DNA of 64,000 nucleotides from Octopus vulgaris (lineage: Eukaryota). Position numbers and translations under genes: made by a program. Numbering within the stretch: position 1 is the first letter of the stretch; every line of letters begins with the position of its first letter. The stretch lies in NCBI GenBank assembly GCA_951406725.2, contig OX597823.1, positions 63,860,001 through 63,924,000 on the forward strand, in the 5' to 3' direction. Below, in pieces: positions 26,311-38,423 of the stretch. The notes below the pieces were generated by a model that was not told the origin of the DNA, ran no database searches, and saw only the letters and a list, made by a program, of their open reading frames with translations.

Positions 26311-27104
26311 CCTTTCTACTATGGGCACAAGGGCTCAAATCTGTGGAGAGGGGATAAGTCGATCACATTGACCCCAAAATTTGACTGGTACTTAATTTAT
26401 CAACCCTTAAATGAGAAAAGGCAAGGTCAGCTTTGCCTTTCATCATTTCAGGGTTGATAAATTAAGTACCAGGCCAACCAAAACCTTTGAGTGGATTTGG
26501 TAGATGGAAACTGAAAGAAGCTCGTGTGTGTGTTTTTGCCCGCCCATCACTGCTTGACAATCAGTGTTGGTGGTGCGTTTATGTCCCCATAACTTAGTGG
26601 TTTGGCAAAAGAGACCAATAAAGTACTAGGCGTAAAAAAATAAGTCCTGAGTTTGACTTGTTGGACTAAAAACCCTTGAAGGAAGTGCTCCAGCATGGTC
26701 ACATTCAAATGACTGAAACAAATAAAAGAATATTATTGAGGCATTGTTTTACAACTAGATATTCTTCTTATCACAAACCCTTACTGTTTTCAGTTAAACG
26801 ATCTCTTATTTCAACAGCTTTTGCAAGGCACAAAGCAAGCAGATGATTTGTTGACAGAAGTGACAACACCACCACCATCACCAATTGTAGCAATTTTTTT
26901 GTGCAGATATAAACAAAATACACATGGACACATACACAATGGGCTTCTTTCAGTTTCTGACTACCAAATCCAATCATACAGATCTGGTCAGTCCAGGGCC
27001 ATAGTGGCAGACACTCGCCCAAGGTTCTACACAGCAGGCCTATATTCAAAGTGATGTGGTTGGGGAGTGAGCTTCTCAACCACACAGCCCTGCCTGCATT
27101 TATT

Positions 27105-27470
27105 ACTCTTTTTCTCTTTTTCTTTTTTTCTCTATTTACTTGTTTCAGTCATTTGACTGCGGCCATGCTGGAGCACCGCCTTTAATCGAGCAACTCGACC
27201 CTGGGACTTATTCTTAGTAAGCCTAGTACTTATTCTATCGGTCTCTTTTTGCCGAACCGCTAAGTAACGGGGACATAAACACACCAGCATCGGTTGTCAA
27301 GCGATGTTGGATGGGACAAACACAGACACACAAACATACACACACACATACATATATATATACGACGGGCTTCTTTCAGTTTCTGTCTACCAGATCCACT
27401 CACAAGGCTTTGGTCGGCCCGAGGCTATAGTAGAAGACACTTGCCCAAGGTGCCACGCAGTGGGACTGAA
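27105..27470 (-). mobile_element. CORE-type SINE copy
   Basis: High similarity to the 2182 and 38425 copies; 5' truncated. Confidence 0.8.
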
Positions 27471-28144
27471 GTAAAAAAACAAACAAACAAAAAAAAACAT
27501 TAGCTGAAAAAATACACTAAAGGAACAGGCATGCTTCTGTGGTAAGAAGCTTACTACCTAACCAAATGGTTCCAGGTTCAGCCCCACTGCATGGCAGCTT
27601 GGGCAAGTGTTTCTGCAATAGCCTTGGGCTGACCAAAGCCTTGCAAGTAGATCTGGTAGATAGAAATCTGAAAGAAGCCTGTGATATATATTATTCAAGG
27701 TGGTGTCCCTGCATGGCCACAGTCTAATGAGTAAAACAAGTAAAAGATAACAGACACTATGCCAATAAAAAAAATCAGCTTAATTGGGGTTGGTTTAGGA
27801 CTGAACAACAACAGTTAATGGAAGGCTGGCTTGGTAAAGCTTTGGACAGAGTACCTAGTAGTATTTGATTGTGTCCCTTCCAGTTAATTTTTTTAGGTCT
27901 GACCAGAGAGTAAACAACAACAGGGTGTGTGTAAGAGAGGGGGAAAAGGAAAAATAAAGTAAAAAACAATCAAAAACAGTCATCATCAGAGACATAACAG
28001 AGACTGCCAAGCTAAAGTTCTTAACTAATTATAAAACAATCACGAGTTCAAATTTCTCGTCCAAAGTGACTTGTCTTATGTTTCAAAATAAAAGTAGGCA
28101 GACCTGCTTTGCTCCAGTCTGCCTAAATAAATAAATTAGAAAGT

Positions 28145-28303
28145 CACAGGCATGGCTGTGTGGTAAGAAGTTTGCTTTCCAACCACATGGTTTCGAGTTC
28201 AGTCCCAGTGAGTGGCACCTGAAGAAAGTGTCTTCTATTATAGCCTCCAGTGGACTAAAATCTGAGTGGATTTGGTAGATAGAAACTGAAACTGACTCAT
28301 GTA

Positions 28304-28334
<31 letters not shown>

Positions 28335-28550
28335 CTGTCTCCCCATCACTGCTTGACAACTGGTTGTTGGTGTGTTTATGTTCCTGCAACTTGGAAGTTC
28401 ACAAAAAAGATTGATAGAATAAGTACCAGGCTTTAAAAAAATAAGTACTGGGGGAGGGGGGGGGGTCAATTCCTTGGACAAAAAATTCTTCAAGGTGGTG
28501 TCCCAGCATGGCCGTAGTCTAATGACTGAAATAAGTAAAAGGTAAAAGTA
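28145..28550 (+). mobile_element. CORE-type SINE copy (older subfamily)
   Basis: ggcatggctgtgtggtaagaag head, (TG)n, tgactgaaataagtaaaa tail. Confidence 0.75.
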
Positions 28551-28878
28551 AATATATATATATATAAATTAAATATAAAATATAAATTACAAAGTGGGAC
28601 AAGAACGCAAAAACACACCAAGAGATGACACAAAAAAACAGACGGGTCACTCGAAGCCTCTAATCTTCAGTCGGGAACCGGATCATCTTCGTAATTTCGG
28701 CTGTTTAATCTCAATATTACTCCAAACCGGCCAGCCCCAAGGAAAAACCAAGCCACAGGCATTGGATTTCTTAGAAAGAGGATCGAATGTATACGAAACA
28801 AAGACAGGATGCCACACGAATATAAATACAAGAAACAAAAATAGAAATAAAAAACAGAAATAAAAAACACGAATGATA

Positions 28879-28933
<55 letters not shown>

Positions 28934-31900
28934 TCCTTTCCACACTAAAACTATTTGTAGTAGCTGGGTGAAGACAAGAAAAGCAGAAATATTCCCAGTG
29001 TCAAAATACACCTTATTGCTCAGATAATAAATGAGAACGAACTAGAGAAAATTTTCAAAATATGAATGATAATGCAAGACAAACTACTAGCTATAGCACT
29101 CTCCATGTAAACTAATGCATAAATTGTTTCCACCTACTCAATACATTGGCTAATATTTCTGATATTTATGGAAGTAAATTTCAGAGAGAAATAATTCTTT
29201 TTTGGTCATTAAAATATCGAGTTCTTATTTTTTCCTTTCATTTAGAATAATTCAAATTATATATTTTTTGCTTTATTTATTAGTTATTTTCACTACATTT
29301 TATTCAGAAATTTCATTTACATACATGTATTTTTTTTTTAAAAACATATTTTGAAGTAAACAAAATAATTTTTACAGCATCTAAAACACTTTCCTTCAGT
29401 ATTTATTGCTGAACATTTTACGCAAATTTGAAAAAGGTAAATACTGAAAATTGCTTATTTAAGGGAAGTGCTTAGTTGCAAAGTTGTTAGAATTAATTTT
29501 GAGAGCGCAAAGGGGTCGACAGCACTTTTCAGTTCCACATTTCTGCTAGGGTTTAAAGTATTGCAAAGAGAAATAAGTCATCATCATCATCATCATTTAA
29601 CATCTGGTTTCCATGCTGGCATGGGTTGGATGGCTTGAAATGGAGATGGCTCACAGGGAGCTGTTTGGACTTGCTGTGGCATGGTTTGTATGGCTGGATG
29701 CCCTTCCTAAGGTCAACTACTTAACAGAGAGTGCTGGATGCATTACTTGTCATCGTCATGGTTGTGTTTATGCAGTACAGCACCGGTGCATTTTAAGAGG
29801 CACTGGCATGGTTGCTTTTTAAGTGGCACTGGCTCCTTAAAGGAGAAGCCTGAATGTGTGGAAGACAGCAATTTTACTTAGCTAGACGTGTCTTATCAAG
29901 TACAGCGAATTTCACAGAACCTGGTCCCTCGTCATTTCCTCAGTGAGGCACAGTGTCTGAAAATTCTTTCTTGGGAAGTTAGAGCTTCAAGCAAAAAGCA
30001 AACATTTGTGCATGTGGGGGGAGGGGGTACCATCAAACAACTTCAAAACACAATGTGGATGCCTTATCATACACACCAGTCAAATATTCAGTTAACATCT
30101 TATCTTAGCAGTTGAACTGCTAAGTTACAGGGATGTAAACAAACCAGCACCAGTTGTCAAGTGGTGGTGGACAAACACAACATAAACACACAAGTAAATA
30201 ATGTGACAGGCTTCTTTCAGTTTTCATTTACCCTCAAGGCTTTGGTCAATCCAAACTTATTGCAGGAGATGCCCAAAGATCCACAGAGCAAGATTGAATC
30301 CAAGACCAGAGAACGAAACCTATGCTAATGAGACTCCTTTGCAATTTCGGCTAGTTATATTCTTCTGTCCCTCTGCCTCTACATCACTTCTCTCACCCCA
30401 TGTGACCGGTGTTTGGCCAAGCCTTACTTATATTTCTTGGTTCGACTACCATCTATATATATATACACACACACATACAAACATATATATATAGACATAC
30501 ACACAAATATATATATATATATAGACATACACACAAACATATATATATACACAAGCGAGATCACTGCCAGAGCAGCTGTCTGGCTTCCGTGCTGGTGGAA
30601 TGTGAAAAGCATCATTTGAGTGTGATCGTTACCAGCATTGCTGTACTGGCATGTGAAAAATCATTTGAGTGCCGCTGGACTGACTCCTGTGCAGGTGGCA
30701 TGTAAAATACACCATTTCAGCGTAGCCGTTGCCAGCACCACCAGACTGGCCCTCGTGCTGGTGGCACATAAAAGCACCCATTAAACTCTCGGAGTGGTTG
30801 GCGTAGGAAGGGCATCCAGCTGTAGAAACTCTGCCAGATCAGATTGGAGTCTGGTACGGCCATCTGGCTCGCCAGTCCTCAGTCAAATCGTCCAACACAT
30901 GGAAAGCGGACGTTAAATGATGATGATGACAAACATATATATATCCTCCTCCTCATCATTTAACCTCTAATTTTCCATGCTAGCATGGGTTGAATGATTT
31001 GACATGAACTGACAGAGGGCTGTGAGAGGTTCCAAAGTCTGCACTTCTTAAAGCTAACCACTTCACAAAATGTACTGAGTGCTTCTTTTGCAGCACCAGC
31101 AAAGGTGAGGTCACCAAGTACGTGCAAGATCCCTTGACTGAGATGGGTATGGTATTGAGGGATATAAAAGTATGATGGAGCAGGGGGGTTACAAGGTTAG
31201 GAATAGGAGAGAAAGTGAGGGAGAATGAAAGAGAGAGGAGAGAGGGAGAAAAGGAGATGGAGAGAGATATGTGAGGTCAAGTTACAATGCATATATGAAA
31301 GAGAGAATGGGATAGAGGAACAGAGAAGGTGGGTAGGCAGGTAAGTGCACTACAATCAAAATATGTGACAGATGATTAAAGACAGTTGGATGCAGTGAAC
31401 ATCAGTTTGAATCAGTGGTGGAGCGAAAGAAAATAATATGCACAGCAAGGGACAGTAGAAGGGATACAATGTGAGTGAAGGTTAGACAGGACATCATTTG
31501 TGTTGAGATAGATGGGTCTTCTCAAGTACAGCATATTGCCATTCAACTCAGCCCATCGTCATATCAGCTTCATCATTATCACCATTTAATGTGTACCTTC
31601 TATGGTGGCATGGGTAGAATGGCTCAATGGAATCTAATGAGTCCTGTGACTGCCTTGCAATCCAATGTCTGTCTAGGCAAAAGTTTCTAAGGCTGGATGC
31701 CCTCCCTAGAGTCAACCATTTTACATAGTGTACTAGGTGCTTTTCTTGTGTTGCCAGCACTAGTGAGGCTGCCAAAGAACTTACAGAATGGAAAAAAGCT
31801 TCCATGTCTGAGTGGAAACACAGTTGAGAGACAGGGGGTTGTTATGCTTAGTGTTGAGAGGCTGAAGTAAGATAGGACAGGAAGATGTGTCTTGCCTAGA

Positions 31901-32261
31901 AGGAGATATATGGCTACCCCTGAATTATATATAGGGATGGAAAGTAACTTGAAAAAGATACAGGATAGTGGTGATGATGTGTCCGAAGATAGAGATGGGC
32001 TGGGTGGGCAAATAACTTTATAAGAGTGTGAGAGTAGAGTGCCAGATGGTTACAGATGGGTGTCAAGGCAAATGTAGTGAATGGTGAAGAGTAGAGTAGA
32101 GGTGTGGTTGATGATGGTAGATGAGAGTCAGGAAGTTGAGGTGGAAAACTGATAGAATATAGAAGTGATTCAGGAGTGGAGGTGATAAGTGGCAGGACAG
32201 AAAGGGTGGAGAGGAGTAGAATAAAACTTTAGAAAGATGAGATTCCCAACCCTACCTCCCA

Positions 32262-32500
32262 TCATCATCATCATCATCATCGTTTAATGTCCGTTTTCCG
32301 CGCTAGCACGGGTTGGACACTTTCGACCGGGGTCTGGGGAGCTAGGGACTGCCCCAGGCTCCAGTCTGGTAGTGTTTCTACAGCTGGATGCCCTTCCTAA
32401 CGCCAACCACTCCGCGAGTGTAGTGGGTGTTTTTTACGTGCCACCTGCACAGGTGCCAGAGGGGTCTGGCATCGGCCACGTTCGGACGGTGCTTTTTATG
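32262..32500 (-). mobile_element. (GAT)n-tailed SINE, young copy
   Basis: catcatcatc gtttaatgtccgttttcc...ctacagctggatgcccttcctaacgccaaccactcc; other copies at about 14130, 18050, 30555, 48481, 52630, 57687. Confidence 0.75.
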
Positions 32501-32963
32501 TGGGGGGGGGGTGCAGGAATATAGGGGAGCACCAGTGGGGAGGGGTGGTTCAGAGAAATGATGACAGGTTGTAGGCAAGTAGAACGTAGGATATCAAGAG
32601 AGGGGTAATGCATGGTAAAATAGCATATTGAAGAGGGGGGTTCGAAGAGTAGACACCTATAATGGTGGTGGGAGAAGCGACATCCGGTATAGATGGAGCA
32701 AAAATAGAGATATCCGGTATTGGTGGTGGGGGTGGCCAGGGCGGGTGCACCGCGATACACGAAGGTCGATCATAGACGAGAGGAGAAATGAACAAATCAG
32801 ACAAAATAGATAGAAATCAGATAAAATAGTTAGATAGATAGAGAAACATGTATGATCAGTCTAGGAGTGAAAATAGGCATTCAAACTTATCTGTGCACGG
32901 GATTATATAGCTGGTAGATGAGGTAGATGAATGAGAGAGAGAGAGAGCACATGTTGTGGGTTG

Positions 32964-33006
<43 letters not shown>

Positions 33007-33219
33007 ATAAATCTCTGGGCGAGATATAAACAGTAACTGCTCTATAACATAAGAGGGATCAGCCATCTGAATGTGGCTAGGGTCAGGGCTGGGTGGTGGG
33101 GGTGTTACTGATGCATTTAGCCCCAGGCGAACATCGACGTCACCAGAAGAGCTGACACCATCTCAGTGTCCTTGCCAGCCAGCAAAGGGAGATCAGCCTC
33201 CCCGAAGATACGGATACTA

Positions 33220-33262
33220 CACACGGACCGGTTTCGAGGTTATTGCCTCTTGTCAACGTATG
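33220..33262 (-). ncRNA. Minimal type I hammerhead ribozyme, U3-A8 variant
   Basis: Minus strand reads CAUACG UUGACAA GAGG caauaa CCUC GAA ACCGGU C^ CGUGUG: 6-bp stem I, 4-bp stem II, palindromic ACCGGU stem III, GUC cleavage triplet. Confidence 0.75.
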
Positions 33263-33800
33263 GTAAGCACCGCTCTTCGTTGAGGGACTTCCTCTACAGG
33301 CTGGATATATATAGATTTTCACAGTAACCACAGTCACTGGCGTAGAAAATCTGTTCGAAAACAATAATAAATCTCTGGGCGAGATATAAACAGTAACTGC
33401 TCTATAACATAAGAGGGATCAGCCATCTGAATGTGGCTAGGGTCAGGGCGGGGTGGTGGGGGTGTTACTGATGCATTTAGCCCCAGGTGAACATTGACGT
33501 CACCAGAAGAGCTGACACCATCTCGGTGTCCTTGCCAGCCAGCAAAGGGAGATCAGCCTCCCCGAAGATACGGATACTACATATGGACCGGTTTCGAGGT
33601 TATTCACCACCCCGCCCTGACCCTAGCCACATTCAGATGGCTGATCCCTCTTATGTTATAGAGCAGTTACTGTTTATATCTCGCCCAGAGATTTATTATT
33701 GTTTTCGAACAGATTTTCTACGCCAGTGACTGTGGTTACTGTGAAAATCTATATATATCCAGCCTGTAGAGGAAGTCCCTCAACGAAGAGCGGTGCTTAC

Positions 33801-33843
33801 CATACGTTGACAAGAGGCAATAACCTCGAAACCGGTCTGTGTG
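33801..33843 (+). ncRNA. Second copy of the U3-A8 type I hammerhead (inverted arm)
   Basis: catacg ttgacaa gagg caataa cctc gaa accggt c tgtgtg; identical core, with the stem I closing pair now G-U. Confidence 0.7.
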
Positions 33844-34015
33844 TAGTATCCGTATCTTCGGGGAGGCTGATCTCCCTTTGCTGGCTGGCAAGGACACTAA
33901 GATGGTGTCAGCTCTTCTGGTGACGTCGATGTTCGCCTGGGGCTAAATGCATCAGTAACACCCCCACCACCCCGCCCTGACCCTAGCCACATTCAAATGG
34001 CTGACCCCTCTTATG

Positions 34016-34051
<36 letters not shown>

Positions 34052-35302
34052 TCGTTTCAGTCATTTGAGTGGCCATGCTGGAGCCCCACCTTTAATATAC
34101 ATATGTGAATAATCCAAAATGTTTATCGCACTTCTATGAAACTTGTAAGTGATGTGATTCTGACTCAAATTGTTCATACAAATAAAAAGATGTGTGTGTA
34201 GAGAGAGAGAGAGGGGGGGAGAGAGAGAGAGAGAGAGAAAGAGAGACAAAGGACAGGGAGCAGAGTGAGAAAGAGAGAGAGAGAGAGAGGGATAAAGAGC
34301 ATGAGAGAAAGAGAGAGAGAGAAAGTAAGTTAATAAAGCTAACTAATCTGTAAATATCAGAGTCCAGAGCAGCTGATAGCTTTCAAACGAATACGTTTAC
34401 CAGCAAAATCCCTTATCTGATTTACATAATTACATTGGCCCTAGCAGTAACACCAGGAAGCCTTCTCCCTCCACCCTGGCTCCATTCACTATTTCAATTT
34501 CAACTTAACAACATGCAATTCAGAGGTTCAGAATAAATACATTATATCTCGTAGTGGTGATCTACCAACAGACAGTGCTGCCACTACGAACACCTCCACT
34601 ACTTCCATCAGCAGCAGTGTAAATTCTAGACTTGTTAGATTTAGAAATCAGCATGCCAAAGAGTTTTGCAATGAAATTAATTAAATAGTCACTTGCAGCT
34701 GAACTTGTAGATTTATGAAGTGGAAATATATCGGAGATGAGAAATTTGTTTTATCAGTTAATATATTTTCATGTTGTTAAGTTCCCTTGCTGACTTGTGT
34801 GTATTTTAATGCTGTCTTTGTGAATGTAAAGAAAACTTGCTGTGGTTGGCAGAATGGTCTAATGTGTTTGACTATGAATTGGAATATCAATGGTTTGTAA
34901 TCTGGCCATAGGCAAAGTATGGCAGTATCCCTGACGGTAAAGATGCTAAACTTTGGTCGATTCCTGCTTGCCAATCTGTAAACCGAGATGAAGGAATAGC
35001 TTCTGCTCACTGCAGAGCTGAATTCAAAAAGTAAACAGCATGATAAATAAATGTTCTGTTGCCATGCAACAATGAGTTCAAGTCCTCAGAAGTGGTCTGG
35101 GAAAAGGCAATGCGAAATGCCTGCAGCACTGAAGTTTCCAACCAGAGTTCCCAAATTGTTTTAGTCAGTATTGCTGTTGGATGGAAACTAATCCCCAATT
35201 TTAATCAAGGGACTGCATATGATCACTGATATGACGGAATTCTCCATACATTAAGCTCATCATATGCTGATAACCGAAAACTTACGACTCCTTGGCATTA
35301 CC

Positions 35303-35525
35303 TTAACTCTTTAGCACTCAAACAGCTCATATCTGGACCAAGTATTTAATCAGTATTTATGGTCAAACTGGCCAAATCTAGCCTCACACACCTACCCTTC
35401 AATGTCACTCTAAACATAAAAGTTACGTCATCAAAATTACAAAGCTAGGAGATAATACATGATTAATTTGAAACAATATGAATAAATAAGCAGCTGATGG
35501 ATTAATCTGAATGCTAAAGGGTTAA
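35303..35525. mobile_element. piggyBac-type MITE, same family
   Basis: ttaa ctctttagca ... tgctaaaggg ttaa. Confidence 0.75.
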
Positions 35526-37018
35526 TATCATCATCCACTTGGCACTCACTTTTCCATGCTTGCAATAGGTGAAACGGAATTTTTTTAAGCAGATTTTCTA
35601 CAACTGGATGCCCTTCCTGTTGCTAACCCTCACTTGTTTTGAAGATGAAGGTAATATTTTCCCCATGGTCAGACATGTCTTGTGTAGAAGGCCAGAAACA
35701 ATCTTGCTTGCATGATGATGATGCTCATTTGCAACCATCACATGATATCTAGACAAGGGGACAGCTACAGATATACTCAAATGACAAGAACCTTTCAGTT
35801 TCCATCTACCAAATCCATTCACGAGGCTTTGTAGTTTCCATCTATCAAGTCCATTCACGAGGCTTTGCAGTTTCCATCTACCAAATCCATTCATGAGGCT
35901 TTGGTTGACCTCGGGCAATAGTAGAAGACACTTGCCCAAGGTGCCATGCCTTGCCTTACCATGCCAGGGAAATGAACCCAAGATTACAAGATTGGGAAGC
36001 AAGCTTCTTAACCACACAACCATGTTGTAAGTTTAGGCCACAACCATAAGAAGTGTTGTGCATTCAACAGCAGCCAATCTACTTTCATCACTGGTTTCTA
36101 TCTGTGGCAAAGTCAGCAGCTTCAGATCTGATCTATGTCTAGCTAAACACTCATTAACTTCTGAAATAAGTCTTACACAAACTTCCTCCATGCATTTGTA
36201 CAGACAGAAACTTTCCTTATTTCTTTATTGCCTACAAGAGGCTAAACATAGATGGGACAAACAAAGAGAGACAAAGGGATTAAGTCGATTACATCGACCC
36301 CAGTGCGTAACTGATACTTAATTTATCGACCCCGAAATGATGAAAGGCAAAGTCGACCTCAGCAGAATTTGAACTTTCCATCACTGGATGCCCTTCCTGT
36401 CACTAAATCTCACCTGCTGTTAAGCATGGTAATATTTCCCCCATGGCCAGACATGTTTATGTAGAAGATTGGAAATGAAGGACACAGATTTTATGACAGT
36501 GACGCTTGCTTACAACTACTGTGTGATGTCAAGTAAGGAGCTATAAATACACACACACATACATATATGTGTGTGTGAGAGAGACAGAGAGAGAGCAAGA
36601 GAGAGGGAGGGGCTTGTTTCAGTTTTTGTTTCCAAAATCCAATCTTAAGGATTTGGTTGACCAGGGTTATAAGAGAAGACAGAATCTTGCTCAAAGTACT
36701 GCTGAGTAGGACTGAACCCAAAACCATGTGGTTGAGTAGCAAACTTCTTAACTACACAGCTATGCCTGCATCTTCGTATAAAACAGTCTCTGAGGCCATA
36801 AAAGTTTATTCAGCAAAAAGTTATATCTAAGAAATTCCTAAGTAGTCGATTGATTTTCTCAGAACAAATATTTTGATGTCTGTCTAAAAGTAATTCTGTC
36901 AGTTATGTCAACAGACAAGATGATAAACAAAACATCTAATGACAACAGGAAGTTGAGCTCCTGTGACGATGTATGTATGACTATGGGGTGAGGTAACTAA
37001 CAAACATTTCATTGGATT

Positions 37019-37124
37019 TTAACCTTTAGCACACTAAATTGTCTCTAGAATTGTTTCGCCCTGTTGCTACAAGGGAGAAAACTCATATGGTGACACGATG
37101 CACCTACAGTGTGCTAAAGGTTAA
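37019..37124. mobile_element. 98-bp mini piggyBac-type MITE
   Basis: TTAA cctttagcacact ... agtgtgctaaagg TTAA: perfect 13-bp TIR plus TTAA duplication. Confidence 0.8.
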
Positions 37125-37255
37125 TTCATTGTCTTTTAGACCAACTTTTTGTAAGAGTACTTTGAAAACTTGTTCAGCTGTGTGTTTGAGCAGCAGTGAG
37201 GGTATCACTCACTTATAATTACAAAATAATCAACAATGACCTCTTTGCCTTATTC

Positions 37256-37468
37256 TTAACACTCTAGCATTTACACCAGCCATATCCAGCCCAAATACTT
37301 GTTTTAAGTTCAAACTGGCCAGATTCAGCCTCTCATACTGACCCGACACTGTCATTCTAAAAAACAAGCATGATCAAAATTTGAAAACTACAAGTCATGA
37401 TTAATTCAAAACATACAAATAAATATGCATTTCATTTGACAGAGTTATCTGAATGCTAAAGGGTTTAA
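37256..37468. mobile_element. piggyBac-type MITE, same family
   Basis: ttaa cactctagcatt ... aatgctaaaggg. Confidence 0.7.
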
Positions 37469-38423
37469 AGCTTTGTTGTAACTGCAATATCAAGGATATC
37501 TCATAGTTAGACATAATGTTGGGGAACCACTCAAGGCTGGCAGGCTATGAAGTTTATAGCCCCTTGTAGCACTGAGTGGTATTAGCAGTCAAGATACTTT
37601 CAGTGGAGCAGTCCACCTAGCTGTCAACAAACATCAATGCAGTAACTATTGTAAACAGATGCTTTACAAGCTTGTAGTTTTATGTTCAAGTCCTACAGTA
37701 GATGGAGAAAACCCAATAGGAAGTTGCTCTAATACTGCTCTGAATCAGAGTCTTGCAATCATCTAGCCATTTGCCTTTGAAATTTTGAATGTTGGCAATA
37801 AAAAGAGAATAGTTTCGACCATATATATATATCAATACAGCTCTAATATCTTATTGAGCCTTCAATCTGTTCTCTGAACTGAGCCTTCATTCTGAATATT
37901 GGGAGGTCATTATTTTCTTTGAATTGATCCTTCATTCTGTTCTCATTTTGAGCTATATATGATGACTCATATGCATCAGTCCACCTTATATTAAGCTAAT
38001 TACATACAAGCAAAGAAATGACATACTCAGTTCAATGTTTTAGGGATTTTTCGTCAGAGAAAAGGAAAAAGAAAAGGAAGGAAGGAAGGAAGAAAGCCAG
38101 AAAGAAAGGAAGAGGTGTTTTTTCTGGGTCAAAAATGTCAAGATTTTTTTATTAATTGCAATAAATTTCTTTTAGTCATTGTGTGACAGGACAGTATTTT
38201 CAGTCAGTTTCAAACTTACATATGAGGTGATACCAAAAAGTTCCCGGGCTAGTTCTGTAGTGAGCCAATAGAAGACAGCATCCAGTTGTGTGTGCAGTGA
38301 AAGTTGGCAGTGATCTTCATGAGGAAGTGTGCCATATGACATCACTGTGTTTACTTTGCAAGTTGTAAAATATGTGCTTTTGTGATCAAAAGGAACCACC
38401 TCCTTTTTGCTTATAAATATATA

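Larger units (their letters stand above)
33003..34020. mobile_element. Hammerhead-containing 360-bp repeat element (retrozyme / Penelope pLTR-like): tandem 1.7 units plus inverted ~1.15 units, inserted in (TA)n
   Basis: 33003-33362 repeats at 33363-33604 with an exact 360-bp period; 33605-34020 is the reverse complement of the same unit; (TA)n on both sides; no ORF with a recognisable product. Confidence 0.8.

Noticed and set aside
28594-28943. ORFs and a ctgaaga motif in the TA-flanked insert
   Set aside because: No recognisable protein; ctgaaga is not followed by a stem II-GAAA arrangement.
33071-33923. Short ORFs (70-80 aa) in the 360-bp element
   Set aside because: No recognisable domain; duplicated only because of the repeat structure; an RNA-level explanation fits better.
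34815-34845. miR-1-like string gaatgtaaagaa
   Set aside because: The seed differs from UGGAAUGU, the 3' half does not match, and there is no convincing precursor hairpin.
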